A stretch of DNA of 63,698 bases, counting the filler, from Calcarisporiella thermophila CBS 279.70 (Eukaryota > Fungi > Calcarisporiellomycota), in the NCBI RefSeq assembly GCF_041956535.1. It is 6 parts of 6 records of this genome, joined end to end, with 100 filler letters (N's around TTAATTAATTAA, not from the genome) between each part and the next. Parts side by side here need not be neighbours in the genome. Positions count along the whole stretch, not along the records: positions 1 to 21,176 come from NW_027192242.1; 5 more parts are not named here. One strand, 5' to 3'. The first letter of the stretch is position 1. The number at the start of each line of letters is the position of its first letter. Positions 1 to 12,600 of this stretch are shown piece after piece. Under the pieces are notes generated by a model, which saw only the letters and a program-made list of their open reading frames with translations, searched no databases and had not been told where the DNA came from. The translations under genes were made by a program, and so were the position numbers.

Positions 1-52
1 CCAGTTTTTCAAAAAAGGATTTAGGGTGACGTATCACCATGATACTGAATTC

Positions 53-449
53 TGTGACGGGGGTTTTTAGTTGGAGAGAAAGATTTAACTCCTTATTAAT
101 TTATTACAATCTCAAATGTACGTATATATATCCAATAAATGATGACGTAGCTACGTAGACAGAGATTAAGAAGATCTGAAAGTAACATATGTAACAAATT
201 CAAGCAAAATAATAAGCCACAAATTTTTTGAAAAAAATTTTTTCTAAGATACGTGACCTAAATTTTTGAAAAAAAATCGAATCGGACATTTTTTCCCTAT
301 GAACCCTGCTATTTGTTTTCTGGTTCTTCTTTTTCTTTGTTCTTTTATTATATTTTATTATATTATTATAGAGGAGTCCAAAAGTAGAAATACTTTTGTA
401 ACATTATTAATTAAGGATCCGAATCATTAACAGTCTCAGAACTGTTACA
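53..449 (+). mobile_element. LTR fragments
   Basis: 53-74 (TGTGACGGGGGTTTTTAGTTGG) is identical to 21155-21176. About 417-449 (ATCCGAATCATTAACAGTCTCAGAACTGTTACA) matches the 3' end of the solo LTR at 56879-57161. Confidence 0.6.
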
Positions 450-566
450 ATGTTATATTATTATTATAATATAAATCATCATTGGTATACTTCATGGGAT
501 AAAAGAACAATATGAGCAATAAGAAAAACACTTTAATTTCATATACCTTCGTGCGGCATACTTGTA
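450..566 (-). mobile_element. Dispersed repeat, probable Tc1/mariner-type terminus
   Basis: Near-identical reverse complement of about 57820-57932, which begins TA-CAGTATGCCGCACGAAGG. Confidence 0.55.
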
Positions 567-643
567 TGAATAAAGCACGATTTGGTCACCGAAGGAGCAG
601 ATACCATCCAGGGAGAGAACCTTGGGCTCTCGCCCAAGGGGAA
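564..643 (+). mobile_element. Right terminus of a DIRS-like tyrosine-recombinase retrotransposon
   Basis: AATAAAGCACGATTTGG..CCGAAGGAGCAGATACCATCCAGGGAGAGAACCTTGGGCTCTCGCCCAAGGGGAA matches the 3' end of the YR element (about 60692-60740) and the reverse complement of 19561-19635. Confidence 0.75.
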
Positions 644-669
644 TCGTACTTGTTATCATTTTCAATCTT

Positions 670-3600
670 CTATATTCTGCTGCTTTTCGTAGCTGCCTCT
701 ATAATATTTGATGCGAGAATTCTGACCATTTCATCTGATTGAGGAATGCTGTGACCATAACTGTGATTGACGATATAACTTAAACACGGGTCATAACGTT
801 GCAGAACCGCTAAATTATCTTTGTAGAATCTCTGATCTTTTGAGCTCATGCAGTGAATGGAAGAAATCGAAATTGGGCCGTTAAGTTTAGGATTTTTGAC
901 ATTACGAGGTAGCATAGCATATCTAAACGTTGGTTTGAATAATGTTGCGGAGAAGTGGATGCTAAAGCCCCACTGTCGCTGTATCTCTCCATTCACTGCC
1001 ATTCGATCAAGCAATTCTATGATAGCAGAACCTTGGCAGAATCCTAAGAGACCATCTACTCTTCCACCAATGTTAGAAATTTTGTTAAGTACATAACTTA
1101 TGGCAGTGTTAAGATGAGCTTGTCTTAGGAAGTAGCGTGGAATCCATTTAAAGAAAGGGCCGTCATAAAACTTTCTAATCTTTATAGTTTCTATAATTAT
1201 ACCAGAATAGGTTCAATAATCAATAACACAGTCAAGAAATATCAATTTGATACTAACCCATGAAGCTTGCTTTAACACATGCATCTAAATAAATAAAGTC
1301 AGCAACAGAACTAAGCGCATTTTCTAGTGGTCGCATCTTCAATTTCATTATCTCTTTGTTCATGGGTGAAGCGTGAAGACAAAGTATCTTGATTTTTTTT
1401 GTCAGAGGACGGATTGTGCGAGTAAAATTATTCGTTAATGTTATATTGGTGTTGAGAATTTCGTTAGAATTCTTCTCTGATCCGAGAATTGCAGGTGTAG
1501 AAGCCTTATATAATGCTCTAAGTGTGATATAAATTCCATGTTTACGAAGAGCGGATATTAATGCCATTGCTGTAATTGAATCACCTCCTAGAGCGAAAAA
1601 GGAAGTATGAAGATTGATCAGATTAGCATCTACTCCAAGCACTGATGCCATTGTTTCAATAACGAGACGCTGTCTATCAGTTGTTGGCTGCTCCGGCATA
1701 AATTCAAACTGAAGCAACATCTCCTTCAATTTGGTTTGGTCGGTCTTCCCGTTAGGTGTCATTGGGAAGTTGTCTAAAGCAATAATGCTGGCAGGAACCA
1801 TGTATTCAGGTAGATAGTCAAATAGCCAGTCTTTAAGAGCATTAACATTCACCTTTGCGGGCGTGACAAAACCATATAAGTTATTGTTGCGTACAAGTGC
1901 AACAGCAAACTCCACTGTCTCATATCGACTTATTGCATCAGTAATTTCTTCGAGCTCAACTCGGTATCCCTTCAACTTGACCTGATTGTCAACTCTCCCG
2001 CAGTACTCTAGTTCGCCTGATGAAAGCCAGCGCACAATATCACCGGAAGCATACATTCTGCTTCCAGGTTCACCAAATGGATCCTCGAGGAATTTCTCAG
2101 CAGTCAGCTCTGGTCTATTAAGATAGCCTTTTGCCACCCCGACTCCTCCAATATACAACTGACCCTTGACTCCAACTGGCACCGGTCGGAATTCACTATC
2201 GAGGACATATGCCCTCATATTAGGCAACACCCTTCCCATTGTGGGTGGCATTCCAGGCTGAAGTGGAGAAGAAAATGTGCAGAAAATGGATGTCTCTGTT
2301 GGTCCATAACGGTTGTAAAACACCGTCCTATTGCTCCATCGATCAATTAGACTCTGTGGACAAATTTCTCCGACTGGCATAATGACTTTGATGTTAGGGA
2401 ATTTCTCCGGGTTTAGATGTTGAAGTCCTGTCGGTGTCAGCGTTACAATTTCCACTTTTGAAATTGTTTCAAAAATATCGTCTCCTCGCAATATTAGTGT
2501 TGCTCCGTTAGAAAGCGCGCTGAAGATTTCCCCAACAGCAGCATCAAATGCAATTGACATGAATTGACCCATACGTATTCCATCCCCCAAATGATGACGC
2601 AAAGGCTGCATTATAATGTTGTTGGTTACACCTCTGTGGTGAACTAGGACTCCCTTTGGTTTGCCAGTGGTCCCCGAAGTAAAGCTATGATACACATGGG
2701 TGGGTGAATAAATTCATGAGTATCAAATGGTAAGGATACTTACGTAATATAGGCTAGATCTTCTCCAGTAGCCAAATCCTTTGGTTTACTTACATCGCCA
2801 TCTTTCCAATTATTATCTATCAGTAAGGATATATGTGAATGATCTTTTGGAACTGACTCCATGTCCCGTAAGGTTGTCAATATAATGGGGCCTGACACAT
2901 CATCCAGTATGGATTCAATGCGCTGACGGGGAAATGCAGCATCGATGGGAACAAATGCCCCTCCGGCCTTTAGGACTGCAAGAATCCCAACTACCATCTC
3001 GATTGATCGAGAGATAACCATCCCAACGTATCTCCCAGGATAAACCCCATGTCGACGCAAAACGTGCGCGAGTGAATTAGCCTGTGCATTGAGCTCTCCA
3101 TACGTGAGAGTCCTGTCACCTTCCTCAATGGCAGTGCTTTCAGATAGTATTTGAGCCATCTTTTCAAATCCGTGGTGAAGACACTCAAACGGGACCTCAC
3201 GACTTGGTCCTTTGCTGAAGGTTTCAAGCTGCCTGGTTTCTTGCATCGAGAGTCGATTGAGATCGTTGACCATTAAACTGCCTCTAGGGATGGTTTTTAT
3301 AACTTTGTGCACTGTTTCCTGATATTTGGATACTATACTTGACACAACTTGCTTATCGAATTGAGAACAATCATATTTGATGGTGCCAAGAATTGTGTGC
3401 TCTGCTGTTTTCAAAGTTATTCCTAGTGGATAACCAGTACTGCCAGGCTGATATATTTTGCATCGTTTGATTCCTTGGACTTTGAAATGCGTAGAAGATG
3501 ATGTTGATTCAAAATTATTATAGTTAAATAGTGTGGGAAACATCTCTCGTGTCCATGGAAAACCTGTCCAGCGCCGAATATCGGATAGTGATACCTGATC

Positions 3601-6600
3601 GTAAGGAAGGGAGTTCACGTGAAATTCCTGTATTGCAAGAAGAAGCTCATTAACTGTCATTGAATCCTTCAACACAATCCGGGTGGGAATAGTGTTGATA
3701 AGCGAACCAAGCACCCTAATGCAGGCAGTTTCGGTCAATTGTATAGCCAAAATAATAATTAAAAAAAAATAATACGCACCTTGTAATATCATGAACACCT
3801 CCGTCGCGCCCCATGACAACGCAGCCGAATATCACATCGTTGCATCGTGTATAATGACGTAGGGTCACAGCCCACATTGCTTTAAGAAAGTTGGCTGCGG
3901 TCACACCAAGAATTTGGCAATAAGACTGAATCTGTTCAGTTGTAGTATTTAGATCAAATGTATTGGTATGAAATCCCACCTCCTTGGGGCTTTTTCTTTT
4001 AATGATAATATCTAACTTGTCAGGAACCGTCGCTCCTTCAAATGCTGACCTCCAAAACTCCATTGCTTCACTCGTATTAATCGATAATATTGACTCGACA
4101 TGCGTCTTGAATTGAGGCCTAACTACTACCTCATCACCAAGATATGACCTAAACAGATCAGAAAAAAGCATTGGCTCCGACCAACCATCCACAATTAGGT
4201 GATGTAGCGTCCACAATAGGCGATATTGATTAGTTTCCTTAATACGTGCAATCGTGAATCGAACAAAGGTTGTGCTCTCCAAACTGAATCCGCGGGACCT
4301 CTCTTCAGCAAGGAAGTGCTCTTGTTGTTCGTCAGCTTCTGAAGTGGTCCATTCGATCGTGCACTCAAATGCTTTCGGTGCGTTTTTGAGGACAATTTGG
4401 AATATTCCCCCTTGAGTCGAAACAAAAACGGTTCGAAGAATGGTATTTGCATTCACAACTTTAGCCCAAGCAACTTGTAGGCGATCTAAGTCGAAATCGC
4501 AATCTATTTCATATACCGTTTGAAGCATATAAGATCCAGAGTCTTGTGAAAGTTGCGAGATAAAGCTTGTTTGAAGGGGAGTGGCAGGGTAAATGTCTTC
4601 AACCTCGCGCGGCGTAAGCTTCAAAATCGGTAGATATTCGTTTTCGATCTCTGCCAGAATAGTAGGATCTTTGATTAATGTAAAATCAAACACTGAGAGT
4701 GCGCCAGGAGTTTTCGGGTTGCAGCAATGATCTATAACCCTATGCATCGAGACTGTCCATTTTCTTCCCCAAGCTTCCAGTGTTTCCCTATGAAACAAAG
4801 ATGAGTTGAATCTGATTATTAGCTGGAGACAGTTTTCGGTATTGAACGAGTATTCAACTGCGATATTGCTATATACTTGGTCGTCGGAGTTAGAGTACAT
4901 ATTAAATTGTTTGTCGATCTCAAAAATGATTAACTCATTATTGACATCAAAAGGGATATCTGAGCGCTTGAAATATATTATTGTATTACGGTAACACTTT
5001 TCAGATTCGCCGTTTCCAATTGGTATTTCCGAAGTTGTGCTGAAGTTAGCATCGCTTCTTGGAGTTGATTGTAGGGCAGCTTTAATAGCCCTAATAATTG
5101 TGCTCAGATCATCTTCATTAGTCATGGAGAGACAAATGGGATGAAGGGTGGCGAACTGTCCCACTGTTCTTGAGATGTCGAATTGCTTGCCATTATATTT
5201 GCGATTCGAGTCCTCATAGATAACCGAGAGATGTCCCTGGCCCGTGGTCTCATGGAAACTAGTCAAAAGAGCCGCAAGGATCAGTTGATGGTCATTTGTT
5301 TTGTAAGTTTCATTAGCCTTTTTAAACGAAGCTGATACACTTGCATCGACCTCGTTTACCAGAACGCAAATTTCACTGGTTGCAACACTGATGGAAATGA
5401 ATTAAATTGAAGGATTAGGACTAAGTTTAACTGGCTATACAATTCGCGTTCAACTATTACCCGAAACTGTGTCGATTAGGAAGGATTCCCAAGCCAACTG
5501 ACTCAGCAGAGCATTGCCAATCATTAACGTGGCACGTTTGCTGTTTCATCCAGATTGCCCACTCGCGGAATGATGTAGTCCTCTCCTCAAGAATATATCC
5601 TCTCAGCAGACGATCGAGGTCTCTGAGGAGAATACTCCACGATAAAAGATCTACAGCAAGACTGTTAGCTGCGAAAAACATTTTCTGATCACCCTCTATC
5701 TGTAAAAAAATTTTAAGATTATATTTTATCACGGTTATAACTTAGTTCTGGAGGTGAAATCTCATCGAACATGTGCTTACTTCAAAGAGAGAGGCACAGT
5801 AAACGTGCCCTCCTGTTAAATCGCAAGAGGCTAGTTGCCTTACTTGTTCTCGAACTTCATCAGTATGCTCACAGTGGATGTGCCTAACATTCACTTCACG
5901 TGCACCATCTTCCAATACGGTCTGTCTCCAAATTCCATCACCATCCACGTAGAAGCGTGTCCGGAGCATATCGTGTTGCGCTACGATTTTTTCTATAGCT
6001 CTACAGAAATCTACAAAGTCTATATGCTCACGTGGTATAAGGAACCATCCATTGTCAAAACAGCAGGAGTGCAGTCTCGAAGCCTCTAAAAGCCGCTGTT
6101 GCAGTGAAGTCAGTGGAATTTCTCCAATAGCACCAGTTGCACTCGCGCCTAAATTTTCCGCCTCTTGAGCGATTTCAGCTAATCTTGCCGGGACCGCAGC
6201 CCTAAAAATCTGCTGTATGGTAATTTGTAAACCATGCTGACGAAATGCCGCGGCCAACGTCATTGCCGAAATTGAGTCACCACCAAGCGCAAAGAAAGAT
6301 GTATGGAGATTGATCAGGTTAGCATCCAAATTGAGTACCGATGCCATTATTTCTATGACTAGCCGCTGTTTATCCGTTGTCGGTTTCTCTGGTATAACCT
6401 CAAGATCACCTAGTGTATCTCTCAATTTGGACTTATTGGTCTTTCCATTCGGAGTCATGGGGAACTCTTTTAGTGCTACTACGGCGGCTGGTACCATGTA
6501 ATCAGGCAGGAAATTAAACAGCGAGATCCGGAGATCTTCAATATCCACATCGGCTGGTGTAACAAATCCAAACAAGATATTGTCGCGCACCACTGCAGTT

Positions 6601-9600
6601 GCAGACTCAACTCCCACATACCGTCTCATTGCAACCGCTATTTCCTCGAGCTCTATTCGGTATCCCTTCAGCTTGACCTGATCATCCACCCTCCCACAGA
6701 ACTCCAGCTCTCCCGAAGAAAGCCATCGCACAATATCTCCCGAGGCATACATTCTGCTCCCAGGCTCTGCAAATGGGTCCTCAATAAATTTCTCTGCAGT
6801 TAGCTCTGGTTGGTTGAGATATCCCAATGCTACTCCAACGCCACCTATGTACAGCTGACCCTTGACGCCGATGGGCACGGGTTGAAGCTCACTGTCGAGT
6901 ACATACGCTCTCATGTTTGGTAGCACGCTTCCCATTGTGGGCATCATGTTCGGCTTTAATGGCTGAGTACAAGTGCAAAAAATTGAAGCTTCTGTTGGTC
7001 CATAATCGATGTAAAAATTGACCTGTTCTCCCCATCTATCTATTAAAGCAGGTGGGCAAGCTTCTCCAATTGCGTCGATGATTTTGACATTTTTGTAATT
7101 TTTCGGATTAAGGTTAAGAAGGCCGGTTGGTGTCAATTTTACAATCTCGACTTTGGATAATGTTGACTCGATATTTGCTTCCCGCAAGACCAAGGTAGCA
7201 CCTTTTGATAACGTCATGAAAATATCGCCCACATATCCATCGAATGATAGAGACAGAAATGCACCAGCTCGAATTCCTGGTTTTAGCTGGGATGCAATAG
7301 GGTGCGTCAAAACGTTATTAATTACACCTCTGTGTCGAACCATGACTCCTTTTGGCTTTCCTGTTGTGCCAGAAGTAAAGCTACATAGAAATAATATCAA
7401 TAAGAAAGAGAAATGAATATTGAATGAAATGAAACTATTTACACAATGTAAGCGAGATCATCACCGGTGGCTAGCTCATTTGGTTTGTTGATATTTGCGC
7501 ATTTCTGTGTAAACTTGTCAATTAGAAATGCTGTAGAAAAATATGTCATTGGTACAGAAGTTTTGTCTCTAGAAGTTGTCAACAAAATATGGCTGTCGAT
7601 ATCATTCAAAATGGTCTTAATCCGATCTTGAGGGAATTCAGCATCAATTGGTACATATGCACCGCCAGCTTTAAGAACAGCTAGGATTCCAATTATCATC
7701 TCAATAGATTGCGAGACGACAAGCCCAATTTTAATTCCTGGGGCAACCCCTCGGTGTTGCAAAAAATGTGCAAGTGCATTAGCATGTTCATCCAGTTCTT
7801 TATACGTGATACTCCTATCACTATCCTCGACAGCAACCATTTCAGGTAATTGCCGCGCCATTTCTTCAAAACCGTGGTGTAAACATTCGTATGGAATTTT
7901 ATTCCTAGGACCTATACTGAACTTCTTAACCAACGCAGTTTCCTGCTCCGAGAGTTGATTCAAATCCCCAACCGTTAAGTTTTGTGCTGAGTTTATCCTT
8001 AGAGCTTCGTGTAGTACTGCTCGATATTTAGACATGATTCTTATTATAACTTGGATATCGAACAAGAATGCATTGTAGTTGACAGTAGAAAGGATTGTGC
8101 CTAAGTCGGGATGCAATACAACTCCTAGTGGATACTCTGTATTAATGGGCTGCTCAATATTGCATTTTTTGAATCTCTGGAACATATAACTCGTAGATAG
8201 TGAAAATATATCGAAATCAATATAATTAAGTATTGTTGGAAACATCACCTGCGTCCATGGGAGACCAGTCCAATGTCTAATATCAGAAAGTGAAGTCTGA
8301 GTGTAAGGAAGTGAGCTCAAATGGAACTCTTGCATTGTAAGGATGAGTTCTCTAATCGTCATTGAGTCCTTCAGCACAGTGCGAACCGGGATAGTGTTAA
8401 TGAGCGAACCGAGCATTCTATTGCGAGTAATATCTGTTATTTGCATGGGTTAAAATGTCCAATAAGCATAAAATATACCTTGAAGAATCTTCAGTGCCTC
8501 CTTCTCTCCCCAAAACAACGCAGCCAAATATCACATCATTGCAACGAGTATAGTGATAAAGGACCACAGCCCACATCGCTCGAAAAAAATTGGATACGGT
8601 TACTCCAAGTTTTTTGCAATATACCCGAATTTGATCAGTATCGACTTCCAAATCAAACGACATAGCACGAAAGCCTGCTCGCTCAGAAATACACGGTTTG
8701 TCCGCGATCTCTAGCTTGTCGGGAACAATCGCTCCTTCAAACACTGACTTCCAATACTTCATTGCTTCGGTGGTATTACTTGAAACTAATGACTCGATAT
8801 GTGCCTTGAAAGGTGGTCGGACCTCCACTATATCCCCAATATATGCTTTGTATAAATCATCAAAGAATAATTGGAAAGACCACCCATCCATAATTGAATG
8901 ATGCATTGTCCAGAGCAGTCGATACCGGCTCGTTTCCTTGATGTGAGCAACCGTAAGCCTCACAAATGACAGGCAATCTAAATTAAATCCCCGCCTGCGG
9001 TCTTCGGCTAAGAAAATCTCCTGCTCTTCGTCGATATCTGTCCACTCAATTATATTCACGTGTGCTTTAGGTAGATGCTTAAGGACGACCTGAAAAACGC
9101 CCTCCCGCGTAGAGACAAAGGCAGTACGAAGAATGGAGTTTGCACACACTATTTTAGCCCAAGCGTCTACCAAACGATCAAAGTCGAAATCATGCTCAAT
9201 CTCATATACAGATTGTATCAGATATGATCCAGTATCTTGCATGAGACGCGAGATAAAACTCATCTGCATTGGCGTGGCTGGATAAATGTCCTCCACGTCA
9301 CGTGGTTTTAGCCCCAAGGTTGGAAGATGTAAGATTTCAATCTCTTCTAGCAAGGAAGAGTCTTTCATTAGTGTGAAATCGGTGACCGAGAATACTCCAG
9401 GATTGCTCGGACTGCAACAATGATCTATAATCCTCTGCATCGAAGCCGCCCAGTTTTTTCCCCACAAATTCAGGATTCCCGCATGGAATAGTGATGGGTT
9501 GAAGTCCATCGTCAACTGGAGACATCTGTTAACATTAAAAGTATATTCGACAGTAATTGCACTAAATATCCTGCTTTTTTTACTGCAGCACTTGCTGTAT

Positions 9601-12600
9601 TGGTTGTCAAGCATAAGGAAGGATAGCTGTTCATTATCATTATAAGGGAATGCGGAGCGCCTGAAATAAATTGGCAGGTTATGGTAACCTTGATTGGTCT
9701 CTCCATTTTCACTTAGCAATGACGATGCCCAAGTCATGTCATAAAAGGTAGTTCCGTCGGATATAGCATGCAGAGCAGTTTTGATCCCATTAATAACCAT
9801 GCTAAGGTCATCCTCATAGGTAATGGATAGAGAGATGGGATGAAGAATGGAAAACTGCCCCACTGTCCTTGAGATATCGAGATGCTCGCCCTTAGGCTTG
9901 CGACTTGAATCTTCATAGATAACTGAGAGAAAACTTTTACCCGTGATCTCCTGGAAGCTAATCAAGAGAGCCGCTAGAATCAGATGATGATCTTTAGTTT
10001 TATAAGTGTCATTCGCCATTTTGAGGCAAGCTGATGTATCCGAGTCAAGTTCGCTTATGAGGATACAATTATCACCCGCTCTATCGCCGGAAGTGCTGAA
10101 AGGGAAGGTTATGGGGTTAGGGCATTGAAATACTATGTTAATAGTACGTAAACGTCTCTTACCTAGCGCCCTGATAATTGGTAAGAACTTTGAGATCAGA
10201 AAACTCAATAAATTGCTCCCTACTATTTAGCTCAACTGGCAACATCTGCTGCTCCATCCAGGTTGCCCATTCACGGAACGACGTTGTCTTCTTCTCAAGA
10301 GCGCGTCCACATAGCAGGCGATCAAAATCCTCAAGTAGAATATGCCATGAAACTATATCAACCGCAAGACAGTGCGCTGCGAAATACAACTTCTGCTCGC
10401 TACCAATCTGTAACGTGTTCAAAGGTTATATTTCGCCATGATTAGAGCATTAGTTGGAATTGAAGGCCAATCCATCATATGGTTACCTCGAAAAGAGCAG
10501 CGCAATAAACATGCTCTCCTACAATATCGTGAGGAGCTAACCGCCTTACATGCTCCCAAACCTCGCTGTCATGTTCACATAAGATGTGGCTAACATTTGC
10601 TTTATGTTTTGTAGTTTCCAATACGGTTTGCCTCCAGTTGCCATCGTTATCCTTGTAGAAGCGTGTCCGAAGCATATCATGGTGGTTAACGAGGGAAGTA
10701 ATTGCTTGGTTGAAACTACCAAAATCAATGAACTCTCGTGGGGTAAAAAAATACCCCTGATCGAAATGGTGGTGGTAAGCCCGCTTTGAGCCAAGGAGCC
10801 AGCTCTGCATGGGATTTAAGCAGATATTTGCTAGCGAAGGAGCTACGTGAGTTTCTCTATTGTTCTTCTGTCTTACAATAGCTGCTAGTTGAGCAAGAGT
10901 AGGTGCCTTTAAAACTTGTGCAATATTGACAATAAGTCCATGCTTCCTGAAAACGGATACTAGAGTAATTGCCGAGATGGAATCGCCTCCAAGGGCGAAA
11001 AAAGACGAGTTAAAATCAAGCATATCGACATCGATCTTGAGGACCGTCGCTATAAGTTTAATGATAAGCTTTTGCTTCTCGGTGACGGGAAGATGTTGTC
11101 CTGTATTTTTTTGAAGAGGAAGCATTTTCAATTTCTGCTTGTCAACCTTTCCATTGGCCGTTATAGGGAATGTTTCGAGGGCTATTATTGTTGCTGGAAC
11201 CATATAATCTGGCAAGAAATCAAAAAGCGAATTTCGCACAGCTTCTACATCCACTTCAGCTGGCGTAACAAACCCAAACAATGTGCTATCTTTGACAAGA
11301 GCTACAGCTAATTCAACACCTGGATATGCATTAATGACTGTCGCTACCTCGCCAAGCTCTACTCGATATCCCATCAACTTAATCTGGTCGTCTGTTCGTC
11401 CAAGAATCTCCAGATTTCCATCCAAATTCCATCTGACCAAGTCACCGGTTCTGTACATCCTAGTTCCAAGTCTGAAGGGATTATCAATGAAGCGCTCAGC
11501 GGTGAATTCGGGTTGATTGATATATCCCTTAGTCACACCTGGTCCAGTAATATAAAGCTCTCCGGTAACTCCAATTGGAACTATTTTCAGGTTGTGATCC
11601 AACACGTAGTATGACATGTTATTGATAGGTCGACCAACGCCGATTCTTACCCCTTTTTTGAGTTCTTGAGCACTAGTGATGATGCTTGTTTCAGTTGGGC
11701 CATATGCATTAAACATCCTCGCATAGGGTAACCATGTGTCTACTAGTGTTTGTGGGACTGGTTCACCAGCAACGTATATAACCTGAAGGTTTGGGGCATC
11801 CTCTGGTTTAATATGCTGTAACCCAGTAGGTGTAATAAGTAGTGCCTGCGTATCTTCAAGCGATGCGATTACATTTTCGTCAGATCGAAGCAACAACGTT
11901 CCACCATGAGTGAAGCATGTGAATATTTCTCCGACCGCGCCGTCAAAACCTACCGACATGAACTGTAATTGTAATATCCCAGGGCCTGAGCCGTTAGTGG
12001 TCATAATATCCTGAACACAATTCATCGCACCACCGTGGTGAATTGGTACTCCCTTTGGTTTACCAGTTGTTCCAGAGGTGTATACAATTATAGCAGTATC
12101 ACCACTTGATGACAAATCATCGGGTTTTGAAACTTCCTCTAGATTTGATAGCATGAATTCATCTAAAGTTATGAGCTCTCTATTCTCGAATACAAAGACT
12201 GTGGAAGCTACGGATTGTATTGTAACAATGGCTATGCAGGCGGCATCGTCCAAAATGTAATTAATGCGATCCACTGGAAAAGCGGCATTAATTGGAACAT
12301 ATGCACCACCCGCCTTGAGGATACCAAGAATACCAATAATCATCTCAATTGACCGATTAATGACAAGACCAACATTACATCCTGGTTTAATATACATTTT
12401 CCTCAACACACTAGCAAGAGCATTAGCGCGATAGTCAAGCTCATAATAAGTCATTGTTTTTCCCGAAGGATCGATGATCGCAGAGACATTCGGTTGATTA
12501 ACAGCATAATACTCGAATCCATGGTGAAGACATGGATAAATCAATGGTCTAGCATCACCGGAGCAGATGTTGTCAAGAAACAATGCGTCAGAGGAGGATA

